Shown here piece after piece: positions 1 to 7,732 of a stretch of DNA of 57,534 nt (position 1 is its first letter; each line of letters begins with the position of its first letter). The DNA comes from a virus. Where the stretch lies: IMG/VR virus record IMGVR_UViG_3300045988_071636, positions 1 through 57,534 of that record, one strand, 5' to 3'. Position numbers and translations under genes: made by a program. The notes beneath the pieces were generated by a model. That model made no database searches. It was not told the DNA's origin and saw only the letters and a list, made by a program, of their open reading frames with translations.

Positions 1-55
1 GGTATCATTCTGCGTGACAAAATTGGCGTGAACGAGTAAGGAGGCGTACATAATG
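1..55. repeat. Terminal overlap copy 1, identical to 57480-57534. The contig is circular or terminally redundant.
   Basis: nt 1-55 (GGTATCATTCTGCGTGACAAAATTGGCGTGAACGAGTAAGGAGGCGTACATAATG) recur exactly at the 3' end. Confidence 0.95.
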
Positions 56-1123
56 GATTTGAGAGAAGTTTTTACTCCCGCTGCGATTGCAGCCAACTGG
101 ACTGAGGTTGCCTCCAATCAGATTCCTTATCTGGGCGCTACCTTGTTCCCTGCCCGCAAGAAGGCCGGTCTTGATCTGTCCTGGCTGAAAGGCTCCCGTG
201 GGCTACCTGTCTCTCTGATGCCCTCCGCATTTGACGCGAAGGCCACCTTCCGTGATCGGATTGGATTTGAGAAGCTGGAGACCGAGATGCCTTTCTTCCG
301 TGAGGGATACAAGATCAAAGAGAAGGACCGGCAGGAGATGTTGCGGGTGCAGGAGTCTACCGACCCCTACGCTGCCGAAGTGATTGCTCGTGTATTTGAC
401 GATACCCGAGATCTGGTTGACGGTGCAAATGTCGTGCCCGAGCGGATGATTATGCAGCTCCTGTTCCCCGAGGGTGGAGACGTTGGTATTGCCATTAAAG
501 CAAACGGTGTGAATTACACGTACAAGTATGATACAGACGGTTCTTGGAAGACCTCCAACTACACCGCACTGACTGATACTGCAACTTGGGACAAGCCCTC
601 TACGGCTGACCCCTTTGCGGCGTTCAAGACAGTCAAAGACGCTATCCGATCTAAGACTGGAACTGAACTGACGGTCGCCATTATGAACTCTTACACGTTC
701 AATCTGCTTTCCAAGGCGGATGCAGTAAAGAATCGTTACTTGACCACTAATGGCCTGTCTCTTGGCTATCTGACAGACGCCGAAGTAAAGGCGGTTGTGG
801 AGTCTACTTCTGGTCTGCGGATTGCCATTTACGACAAGCAGTACCGGGACGAGAGCAAGGTAGCCCATGCGTTTGTGCCAAACGGCTATGTCTGCATGAT
901 CCCTGATGGGAATCTTGGTGGCACTTGGTATGGCACTACACCTGAAGAGGCGGACTTGCGCGGGAAGGAAAGCGCCGAGGTTTCCATTGTGAATACCGGC
1001 GTTGCTATCACCAGAGTTATTCAGGAACACCCGGTTAATACAAACATCTTTGCTTCTGAGATTGTCCTGCCCTCCTTCGAGCGCATGGACGAGGTGGCGG
1101 TGCTCAATGTCCTGGGGGAATGA
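53..1123 (+). CDS. Major capsid protein (lambda gpE-like type)
   Basis: 356-aa ORF with AAGGAGG upstream of the ATG. It follows the scaffold and decoration genes across the circular junction. The N-terminus (IPYLGATLFPARKK...) resembles gpE-family capsids, from memory. Confidence 0.8.
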   Translation: MDLREVFTPAAIAANWTEVASNQIPYLGATLFPARKKAGLDLSWLKGSRGLPVSLMPSAFDAKATFRDRIGFEKLETEMPFFREGYKIKEKDRQEMLRVQESTDPYAAEVIARVFDDTRDLVDGANVVPERMIMQLLFPEGGDVGIAIKANGVNYTYKYDTDGSWKTSNYTALTDTATWDKPSTADPFAAFKTVKDAIRSKTGTELTVAIMNSYTFNLLSKADAVKNRYLTTNGLSLGYLTDAEVKAVVESTSGLRIAIYDKQYRDESKVAHAFVPNGYVCMIPDGNLGGTWYGTTPEEADLRGKESAEVSIVNTGVAITRVIQEHPVNTNIFASEIVLPSFERMDEVAVLNVLGE

Positions 1124-1491
1124 TCGGGTCTGACACTCTAAGCCTTTTCCCCGGCAGTCAGACCCTATTGGGGAAGCAGGTGTCCGAGCTGGTAGGAGAT
1201 GACCTGATGGTCAAGGCGGATGGCTCTGTGGTCGGTACATTTTATCACGTGACAGGATACACTGAGTTCAGTTCTGAGCCGGACGAGCAAGAAGGTTATT
1301 ACTTTCCGTTCCACCTGACTAAGACCGGAAGCAAAATGACCTTCAAGAAAAATGGTTCACCTACTAAGCAGGACATTGCATTTGACCCGGATATTATTTT
1401 CCGGGTCACGAAGACAGATGCTTTCGAAGTGCTGGTAGATAACCAGAGCGTTGTGACGTTCAATTTCTCTGGAGCTACATTCGAGAGTTAA
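1120..1491 (+). CDS. Hypothetical head-module protein
   Basis: 123-aa ORF with an ATGA start/stop overlap with the capsid gene. No motif recognised. Confidence 0.6.
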   Translation: MIGSDTLSLFPGSQTLLGKQVSELVGDDLMVKADGSVVGTFYHVTGYTEFSSEPDEQEGYYFPFHLTKTGSKMTFKKNGSPTKQDIAFDPDIIFRVTKTDAFEVLVDNQSVVTFNFSGATFES

Positions 1492-1508
1492 GAAAAGCGG
1501 GAGGCAGC

Positions 1509-1724
1509 ATGAAGTTTATTCCAAATTACCGCGTGTGTTATGGTGGTCGGTTTTATGAAGCTGGTTCCCAGGTCTCTATCAAGGCCGAAGACGCGGATAT
1601 GATGAAGCGGCACGGGACGGTGTTGGATGAACCGACGCCGCCTTCCGTCGCACTTAAAAAGACGGGCAGACCTAGGAGGGCGGACAATGGACAATCTGGA
1701 GAGGCTGAAACTCCGCACGAATGA
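1509..1724 (+). CDS. Hypothetical small protein
   Basis: 71-aa ORF with a GGGAGG RBS 4 nt before the ATG. It overlaps the next start by 38 nt. Confidence 0.45.
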   Translation: MKFIPNYRVCYGGRFYEAGSQVSIKAEDADMMKRHGTVLDEPTPPSVALKKTGRPRRADNGQSGEAETPHE

Positions 1725-1992
1725 GCCGGACGAGGCCATCCTGGAGGACTGCCTGGAGAGCGCAAAAGCGGCGATCATGGCGAGACGGTATCCGTTCCAG
1801 GAATGGCCGGAGGAACTGGAGAGCCGGTATCTGGATTTGCAGTTCCGCGTAGCTCTTGCAATTTACAACAAGCAGGGCGGCGAATTTGAAACCGCTCACA
1901 CTGAAAACGGTGTGTCCAGATCTTATGGCTCCGAGGGCATTCCGCAGGAGTTGCTTTTGGAGATTACTCCAATGGGGAAGGTAACAAACTGA
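1687..1992 (+). CDS. Head-tail connector protein (gp6-like)
   Basis: Internal ATG at 1687 of ORF 1627..1992. MDNLERLKLRTNEPDEAILEDCLESAKAAI is typical of the N-terminus of gp6-like connector proteins. Position after the capsid gene fits. Confidence 0.55.
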   Translation: MDNLERLKLRTNEPDEAILEDCLESAKAAIMARRYPFQEWPEELESRYLDLQFRVALAIYNKQGGEFETAHTENGVSRSYGSEGIPQELLLEITPMGKVTN

Positions 1993-2076
1993 TATTGCTG
2001 GGGGACAGCGGTTAGCTCCCGTTGGCGCACCTGCATTGCGCCTAACCCCTTCAATATACCTATGCAGGAGGTAAAT

Positions 2077-2760
2077 ATGGCGATTGTAAAGGATTTGACC
2101 AGGAAAAGATTTGGAAGACTTGTTGCAGTTGAATGTGTTGGCCGGACAAAAAACGGAAATGCAAAGTGGCTTTGCAAGTGTGATTGCGGCGGAGAAAAGG
2201 TTGTAGCATCTTGGGGCCTTGTAAGCGGAAGGACGAACAGTTGCGGGTGCCTCAAGCGAGAGCAAAACAAAGTGATGTTTACCACTCACGGAGAATCAAG
2301 TTCGCACAAAACAAGATTGTATAGAATTTGGGCAGGCATTAAAACGCGATGCTATAACAAGAGGCACGAGGAATCATACAGAAAATATGGCGAAAAGGGA
2401 ATTGTCATGTGCGAAGAGTGGAAAAGTTCGTATGAGGTTTTCAGAGATTGGGCGCTCGATAACGGGTATAAAGATAATCTAAGTATTGACAGAATTGACC
2501 CAAGAGGCCCGTATTCTCCTGATAATTGCAGATGGGCTACCAACAAACAGCAGCAAAACAATCGTAGCAATAATCATATCCTTACGTTCGGTGGAGTTAG
2601 CAAAACGCTTGCTGAATGGGTGGACGCAACGGGATTTACCAAAAGCACCATTGAGCATAGGTTAAGCAGAGGGTGGTCTGTCGCAGATGCGCTACAAACT
2701 CCGATGAGAAAAGCCGCAAACGGAAAATTTGTTTACATAGAGTCAAAGATTGCGGGGTGA
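2077..2760 (+). CDS. HNH-family putative homing endonuclease, paralog 1 of 3
   Basis: GGAGGT RBS then ATG 2077. Motifs: RFGRL..., KWLCKCDCG...SCGC zinc cluster, YGEKGIVMCEEW, IDRIDPRGPYSPDNCRWAT..QQQNN and a C-terminal HTH. Paralogs lie at 24017-24673(-) and 41246-41920(+). Confidence 0.75.
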   Translation: MAIVKDLTRKRFGRLVAVECVGRTKNGNAKWLCKCDCGGEKVVASWGLVSGRTNSCGCLKREQNKVMFTTHGESSSHKTRLYRIWAGIKTRCYNKRHEESYRKYGEKGIVMCEEWKSSYEVFRDWALDNGYKDNLSIDRIDPRGPYSPDNCRWATNKQQQNNRSNNHILTFGGVSKTLAEWVDATGFTKSTIEHRLSRGWSVADALQTPMRKAANGKFVYIESKIAG

Positions 2761-2777
2761 TTGCTTTCAGAAATTTA

Positions 2778-3266
2778 ATGGTTAATTGCCAACCTGTGTT
2801 CTTCAAAAACCTCATTGGTACAGAAGAATTGGTGGATGAATTTGGTAACAGTCTCGGAAGTTACCTCCCCATCTACAGCGCCTTGAAATCCGCTATGCTG
2901 TGTGTTTCCCCGAACAAGGGAAATTCCGAAGTGGAGCAGTTTGGCTCTTTGGAAGATTACGATCGGACGGCAACCACCGCAGACACGGCCTGCCAAATTG
3001 ACGAGGATTCCGTTTTGTGGGTAGATGGGGCCGATACTGACGGCCCGTATAACTACATTGTGAAGCGGAAAGCTCCATGGAAGAATAGTATTCAATACGC
3101 TATCAAAAAGGTTTCTGTATCTGAGTACGAAGCGGAACAAAAATTGTTTGATAGAAAAGCAGAGATTGAGGCGGCGATGCTAAGTGCCAAAAATCAAACT
3201 GAAGCTGAGCACGGACTCGATCAACCAAGCGTTGAAGGAAGTCAAGACGTATCAGAAGAAGGTTGA
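2778..3266 (+). CDS. Putative head-tail joining protein (assigned by position)
   Basis: ATG 2778 inside ORF 2673..3266, just after the HNH stop. No clear motif. The acidic C-terminal tail overlaps the next gene by 83 nt. Confidence 0.45.
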   Translation: MVNCQPVFFKNLIGTEELVDEFGNSLGSYLPIYSALKSAMLCVSPNKGNSEVEQFGSLEDYDRTATTADTACQIDEDSVLWVDGADTDGPYNYIVKRKAPWKNSIQYAIKKVSVSEYEAEQKLFDRKAEIEAAMLSAKNQTEAEHGLDQPSVEGSQDVSEEG

Positions 3267-3666
3267 TGGGGCCGGAGAAGAAATCGTAAAAGTTGCCACT
3301 GAGATGGGCGTTGAAGAGGCAAAAAACCAAGCATTGTACATGAATGCCTATGACAGTGGAGACCTTGTAAATGGAATTGTAGCCGAGTATCGCGATGGGA
3401 AAGGCTATATCCATTCAACAGCGATGCACACGATGTTCGTGGAAATGGGTACTGGGGTAACTGGAAAGAACAGTCCTGGAAGCACTATCCCCGGATGGGA
3501 GTATGACGTAAACGAATACGGGGAAGCTGGATGGTACTATTACGATAAGGATGGGAAAAGACATTGGACAAAGGGTATGCCATCCCGGCCGTTTATGTAT
3601 GAAACGGCAAAAACATTACGACAGTCTATTCCGTGGATTGTGGAGGGGGTGCTGAAAGATGATTGA
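3184..3666 (+). CDS. HK97 gp10-like head-tail joining / tail completion protein
   Basis: 160-aa ORF. MPKIKLKLSTDSINQALKEV... and ...TKGMPSRPFMYETAK match the gp10-family pattern, from memory. Confidence 0.65.
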   Translation: MPKIKLKLSTDSINQALKEVKTYQKKVDGAGEEIVKVATEMGVEEAKNQALYMNAYDSGDLVNGIVAEYRDGKGYIHSTAMHTMFVEMGTGVTGKNSPGSTIPGWEYDVNEYGEAGWYYYDKDGKRHWTKGMPSRPFMYETAKTLRQSIPWIVEGVLKDD

Positions 3667-4066
3667 TATTGAAAATCAGGTCTTTAGTACAATCGCAACA
3701 GCACTCCGGGCGCAATACTCTGGAATTTTTGTGAGTGGTGAATTTACTGATGTACCCGCCCGATTCCCAGCCGTCACAATCGTTGAAAGCGACAACAGTG
3801 TGCTTCAAAAAATGAGAACAGCGGCACCAAATTTGGAAAACGCCGTGTCGCTGATGTACGAGGTAAACGTCTACACGAACAGTGTAGGGTACAAGAAGTC
3901 CGAGGCAAAGGATATCATTGAAACCATCGACAATGAGTTTTCCAAGATGGGATTCACTCGTACCATGTGCAATCCGGTGTCTAATTTGCAGGATGCCACT
4001 ATTTACCGCATTGTCGCCCGGTATGAGGGCGTAGCGGACAAGAATTTTAGAATCTACACAAACTAA
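3659..4066 (+). CDS. Tail terminator / tail completion protein (DUF3168-like)
   Basis: 135-aa ORF overlapping the previous stop. It sits immediately upstream of the major tail gene. The pattern FPAVTIVES...YEVNVY is typical. Confidence 0.6.
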   Translation: MIDIENQVFSTIATALRAQYSGIFVSGEFTDVPARFPAVTIVESDNSVLQKMRTAAPNLENAVSLMYEVNVYTNSVGYKKSEAKDIIETIDNEFSKMGFTRTMCNPVSNLQDATIYRIVARYEGVADKNFRIYTN

Positions 4067-4076
4067 AAGGGCTGAC

Positions 4077-4133
4077 AGTGCCGAGTGCCTTTGTGCCAAG
4101 TGCCTCCCTAAAAAATTAGGAGGTACTATTTTT
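4077..4133 (+). promoter_or_regulatory. Late-leader element A: two GTGCC-N2-GTGCC boxes plus an SD-sequestering hairpin and U-tract before the major tail gene
   Basis: AGTGCCGAGTGCCT at 4077-4090 and GTGCCAAGTGCCT at 4093-4105. Stem AGTGCCTCC 4099-4107 pairs with GGAGGTACT 4119-4127 (one G-U pair). ATTTTTATG follows. Confidence 0.6.
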
Positions 4134-4652
4134 ATGGCAGGAATCCAACTTAGCACAGCGGGCGTCACCCTGTTGTACGCCGCAGAAGCCACCGCTGGCA
4201 CTCGCCCGACTACTGGGTACGAAAAAATCTCCGAAATAAAAAGCATTCCTGAGTTGAACCCTGAGCCCGACAACCTGGAAACAACGACCTTGGAAGAGAC
4301 AGAGTGGAAGACCTATGTCCCAGGCTTGAAGGACATCGGCGGCGCGCTGTCCTTTACGGCTAACCTGACCGAGGCATCTATGACCGAGTGGGAGGGCGTT
4401 GTCGATGCCTATGATACGGCGGCCGCCGAAAATAAGGCTACTTGGTTCTGTATCGTGATTCCTGGGCTGACCAAGGCACTGTATTTCACGGGTCAGCCCT
4501 CCCCGATGGGTATGCCCGCTATGGAGGTCTCTGCTGTTCTGGAAACAACTCTCTACATCACCCCGACCGGTGCGCCTCAGTGGGCAGCAAAGCCTACTGA
4601 TCTGGAAAGCATGAGTCTGAGATCTTCTACCAAGAAAAACGTTGAAGTTTGA
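4134..4652 (+). CDS. Major tail protein
   Basis: 172-aa ORF located between the tail terminator and the chaperone pair. Ser/Thr/Ala-rich N-terminus typical of siphovirus tail tube proteins. Confidence 0.8.
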   Translation: MAGIQLSTAGVTLLYAAEATAGTRPTTGYEKISEIKSIPELNPEPDNLETTTLEETEWKTYVPGLKDIGGALSFTANLTEASMTEWEGVVDAYDTAAAENKATWFCIVIPGLTKALYFTGQPSPMGMPAMEVSAVLETTLYITPTGAPQWAAKPTDLESMSLRSSTKKNVEV

Positions 4653-4666
4653 GGAGGAAATACCAT

Positions 4667-5038
4667 ATGAGTGATAATGTCGTGAGCATTCAGGATAGAG
4701 TGATGCCCGTTCGCGTCATTGACAATAAGACCGAGACGGCGTATGAACTTGATTTTAGCAGAGAAAGCGTTAAATTTGCCGAGAATCGTGGCTTTAAGGC
4801 GGACGAGCTGACAGTGTTCCCGGTGACTAGAATCCCGGAGCTGTTCTACTATGCTTTCCGAAAAAATCACAAGAATGTAGCCCGGTCTCAGACTGATGCC
4901 CTGCTGGATGGTATGGGCGGGATGACAAGTGCTCTTCTGGAACGTCTGGTTCAGCTCTACAATCAGGCAGCCCTTACCCACCTGATTGCAACTGACGAGG
5001 ATGCGGCAAAAAACGCAGAGGTGACTGTGGAGCTGTAA
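4667..5038 (+). CDS. Tail assembly chaperone (gpG analogue)
   Basis: GAGGAGG RBS then ATG 4667. 123 aa, sitting directly before the -1 frame ORF and the tape measure gene. Confidence 0.8.
   Translation: MSDNVVSIQDRVMPVRVIDNKTETAYELDFSRESVKFAENRGFKADELTVFPVTRIPELFYYAFRKNHKNVARSQTDALLDGMGGMTSALLERLVQLYNQAALTHLIATDEDAAKNAEVTVEL
5008..5014 (+). other. Programmed -1 ribosomal frameshift slippery heptamer A_AAA_AAC
   Basis: Zero-frame codons are gcA AAA AAC. The -1 frame from 5014 is open with no stop through 5101 to 5418. Confidence 0.8.
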
Positions 5039-5418
5039 ATAGCCCACGGTCTTATACGGAACTATTTGAGGCGGAGTGCCCCTACTATCTGTCCATCGGC
5101 ATGACTTGGGAACAGTATTGGTATGGTGATGTATGGATGGTAGAGGCATACCGCCAAGCTGATAAGCAAAGGCTTGAGCGGGAAAACATGATGCTCTGGC
5201 TACATGGCCTTTATAACTACGAAGCCCTTTGTGACGCATCTCCAATATTCCGAGATTTTGCCAAAAAGGGGACAAAACCAGTTCCATACCGAACGGAACC
5301 GTACCCACTAGGCAAGAAAAAAGAAGTACCAACCGAGCAGGAAGTTAAAAACGAGCGTTTGAAAGCCACCCTGTTCTTTAAGAATTGGGCAAGGGCTGCT
5401 GAGAAAAAGTTCCGGTAG
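5014..5418 (+). CDS. Frameshift extension of the tail assembly chaperone (gpGT analogue C-terminal part)
   Basis: The -1 frame is continuous from the slippery site. The ORF track lists 5101..5418. WYGDVWMVEAYRQADKQRLERENMMLWLHGLYNYEAL is the typical T-part motif. Confidence 0.7.
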   Translation, partial: RRGDCGAVNSPRSYTELFEAECPYYLSIGMTWEQYWYGDVWMVEAYRQADKQRLERENMMLWLHGLYNYEALCDASPIFRDFAKKGTKPVPYRTEPYPLGKKKEVPTEQEVKNERLKATLFFKNWARAAEKKFR

Positions 5419-5467
5419 GCCCTGGTTTGCACCTTGCCAACTTCATATGAGATAGCGGAGATTTTGA

Positions 5468-5497
5468 TTGACCTCCTCCCCTGAGTTGTGGTAAGAT
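5468..5497 (+). promoter_or_regulatory. Sigma70-type promoter of the moron island
   Basis: TTGACC 5468-5473, 18-nt spacer, TGgTAAGAT with -10 at 5492-5497. A 10-bp inverted repeat CCTCCTCCCC 5472-5481 / GGGGAGGAGG 5501-5510 spans the promoter and the downstream SD. Confidence 0.5.
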
Positions 5498-5517
5498 TTG
5501 GGGGAGGAGGGGAATAC

Positions 5518-5832
5518 GTGGGGAAACTCATTGGAGGAATTATGGTAATTTCTGGACTAGCGTATTTGCTTTTTGCCTGTATTGGCCTTGCAATTATGTG
5601 GGATTCCCGTGAGGCAAGGAATGTTCGAGCTGCTTCGGAAGCGCAAAGCAGGGCCTGGGCCGTGTGGGATGAGCATGATAGACGGGAGAATAAAAGTGCG
5701 GAGGATAGGCTTTCTGAGGCCAGAAATGAGCTTTGGGGAAAAGTTAATACAATAGCACTTCCACTTTGGATCATTACAGAAGGTGTATTTATTTTTGCTG
5801 TTGTAAAAACAATGAGGAACAAAAAAGAATGA
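5518..5832 (+). CDS. Small membrane protein with two predicted TM helices (moron)
   Basis: ORF 5488..5832. Probable start is GTG 5518 (after GGAGGAGGGG) or ATG 5542 (after GGAGGA). Hydrophobic N- and C-terminal segments. Confidence 0.55.
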   Translation: MGKLIGGIMVISGLAYLLFACIGLAIMWDSREARNVRAASEAQSRAWAVWDEHDRRENKSAEDRLSEARNELWGKVNTIALPLWIITEGVFIFAVVKTMRNKKE

Positions 5833-5931
5833 TTTATTAGTATGTAGCGATATGAGCTAATATTATATTCCATATAAAGCAACATCTACAACACCCAACG
5901 TCGCCTTTAGAATGGATGGGGTGGAGGGAAA

Positions 5932-6504
5932 ATGAGAAAAAAATCGCTTCTGCTCTTAGCTGGACTGGCCGCATTGTTTATGTTGCTGTCTGGATTATTC
6001 GCATCTAAACCAGAAAATGTTTCAGAGACCTCGCCAGAAAAGCACCTTCTTGAACCTGGGGGGGTATTTGATAGAGGGGCGTATATTACAGTTAGCGATG
6101 TAGAGATTGAATATAATGGGGAACAATTTTCGGTAAAAAATAACGGGGACAGAATTGTAAGAATTTCAGTGAGTATTGTTGGAGTAAAGACCGACGGGCC
6201 TTATGAAATCTTGCAAATTCCGTCTTTTGTGTGGGGCGATGGAATACAGAACGAAAAAAATCTTCAAGAAAACGGATGGGCTGTAGAGCAGGCAACAAAC
6301 ATGGTTAGGCCGGGGGAGAGAGTACTAGCCACACTCTCTGTATTTGATTTCAATTCTATGGATGAAAACTATCCCAAAGCTGATATAGATGAAGATGGAT
6401 ACTACGATATTGTATTTACAGTGAGTCCACAACCAGACGAAAACACGATTGTAACATCAACAAGTGACCCCGTATCTGATGTATATAAAATAAAAGCTGA
6501 ATAA
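5932..6504 (+). CDS. Secreted or membrane-anchored protein (moron)
   Basis: 190 aa with GGTGGAGGG RBS. N-terminal signal-like MRKKSLLLLAGLAALFMLLSGLFA with no lipobox Cys. Confidence 0.65.
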   Translation: MRKKSLLLLAGLAALFMLLSGLFASKPENVSETSPEKHLLEPGGVFDRGAYITVSDVEIEYNGEQFSVKNNGDRIVRISVSIVGVKTDGPYEILQIPSFVWGDGIQNEKNLQENGWAVEQATNMVRPGERVLATLSVFDFNSMDENYPKADIDEDGYYDIVFTVSPQPDENTIVTSTSDPVSDVYKIKAE

Positions 6505-6517
6505 TGAGATAGAACAA

Positions 6518-6553
6518 CCCTCCGCTCCTTTTGGATCGGAGGGTAAAATTTTT
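6518..6553 (+). terminator. Intrinsic terminator
   Basis: Stem CCCTCCG 6518-6524 / CGGAGGG 6537-6543, followed by TAAAATTTTT. Confidence 0.6.
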
Positions 6554-6563
6554 GGAAAACCTC

Positions 6564-6605
6564 TTGATTTGTTGCCCGTAACACGGTATAATGTTACCCG
6601 TAACA
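6564..6605 (+). promoter_or_regulatory. Consensus promoter with two 14-bp operator repeats
   Basis: TTGATT 6564-6569, 17-nt spacer, TATAAT 6587-6592. Operators TGTTGCCCGTAACA 6570-6583 and TGTTACCCGTAACA 6592-6605 are 22 bp apart. Each is a TGTTAC/GTAACA inverted repeat. Confidence 0.7.
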
Positions 6606-6616
6606 AGGAGGTGAGT

Positions 6617-6799
6617 ATGGTGCCACCCGAGAGCAGAGCCGAGTATTTCAAAGAACGACGAACCAAATTCAAATCGTTCACAGTGGAAGTTGAACGAGAG
6701 AAGATGGAAAGATTCGAAAAAAAGTTGAGTAAAGTTCAGACCACAAAGGCTGAATGGCTTAACAAGAAAATCGACGAAGAACTCGGAAATGAAAAATAA
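6617..6799 (+). CDS. Small basic protein, possible RHH-like DNA-binding autoregulator
   Basis: AAGGAGG RBS then ATG 6617 within ORF 6569..6799. 60 aa, Lys/Arg/Glu-rich. Sits directly behind the operator-bearing promoter. Confidence 0.5.
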   Translation: MVPPESRAEYFKERRTKFKSFTVEVEREKMERFEKKLSKVQTTKAEWLNKKIDEELGNEK

Positions 6800-6911
6800 G
6801 ACAACCGGGACACCGTGACAAGTAACCCCGATTGTCTTATGCGCCAGAGGTTTCCCACTGGATAAATCCATTCTATCACAGCGGGAACCTTTAATCAACA
6901 GGAGGTTTCCC

Positions 6912-7052
6912 ATGAACGAGAGAAACAGTATTCAAGAATTGCTCAACCAACTGACCAACAGCGAACATTGGGTCAAGCGTATCGCCGCCGCTTATCTGGG
7001 CGTGAAGCCAGAACAGGTTGTTATCACTGTGAAAGGCGGTGATGCGGAATGA
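6912..7052 (+). CDS. Hypothetical small protein (46 aa)
   Basis: GGAGG RBS then ATG 6912. Below the ORF-track cutoff. ATGA overlap with the next ORF. Confidence 0.45.
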   Translation: MNERNSIQELLNQLTNSEHWVKRIAAAYLGVKPEQVVITVKGGDAE

Positions 7053-7183
7053 GCGTGGAACTCATGCGCAGAGCTATCATTGACATGATTCTTTGGACAG
7101 ATGATCCGAAGAAAATGAGACATATTTATGTGCTCCTTGGAACATTGTTGAAGAGGAAGGATGGTGAGCCTTGGTATGAATGA
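7049..7183 (+). CDS. Hypothetical small protein (44 aa)
   Basis: Coupled start ATG 7049 overlapping stop TGA 7050-7052. Ends at TGA 7181-7183, overlapping the Bro-N gene start. Confidence 0.4.
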   Translation: MSVELMRRAIIDMILWTDDPKKMRHIYVLLGTLLKRKDGEPWYE

Positions 7184-7721
7184 ACTCCAAATCTTCAACA
7201 GTGATCAGTTTGGCCGTATCCGTGCCGTAGAGATGGACGGTGAGCCGTGGTTCTGTCTGGCGGATGTGTGTAAGCCGTTGGGGTTACAGACAAAAGATTG
7301 CCGACGCCGCTTGAAAGAAGATGGGGTGGCTACAACCCACCTCACCGATGCAATGGGTAGAGACCAGCAAATGCTCATCATCAATGAGGGCAACCTCTAT
7401 CGGGCAATCTTCCAGAGCAAGAAGCCGGAGGCGGAGCAGTTCACGGATTGGGTAACAGAAGAAGTTCTCCCTGCCCTACGAAAGCATGGTGAGTACAAAA
7501 CACCTGGACGGGCACCAGAGGTATCTCCGAGCGGGCTTGCTAGTCTGATTCGCATTACCCGCCGAACGATGCTGGATGCTGGGAATACGCCGCAGGATGT
7601 TTTGAAGATGGTCAAAGGAATTTTCAGCACATGGAACGTACCAATCCCTGAGCCGTTGAATAATCAACTTCCGGGACAAACAAAACTCATTGGATGGAAC
7701 GCCCCGGCGTTAGAGAGCTAA
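7176..7721 (+). CDS. BRO N-terminal domain protein (antirepressor-like)
   Basis: ATG 7176 within ORF 7161..7721. LQIFNSDQFGRIRAVEMDGEPWFCLADVCKPLGL ... QFTDWVTEEVLPALRKHGEY is the Bro-N signature. Confidence 0.75.
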   Translation: MNELQIFNSDQFGRIRAVEMDGEPWFCLADVCKPLGLQTKDCRRRLKEDGVATTHLTDAMGRDQQMLIINEGNLYRAIFQSKKPEAEQFTDWVTEEVLPALRKHGEYKTPGRAPEVSPSGLASLIRITRRTMLDAGNTPQDVLKMVKGIFSTWNVPIPEPLNNQLPGQTKLIGWNAPALES

Positions 7722-7732
7722 ATAAAATCGAA

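Noticed and set aside
203-1030. 275-aa minus-strand ORF
   Set aside because: It is antisense to the major capsid gene, has no RBS, and has a low-complexity, unnatural composition.
4577-5885. Minus-strand ORFs 4577-5332 and 5217-5885
   Set aside because: They are antisense to the chaperone/frameshift genes and the moron promoter region. The plus-strand genes are strongly supported.
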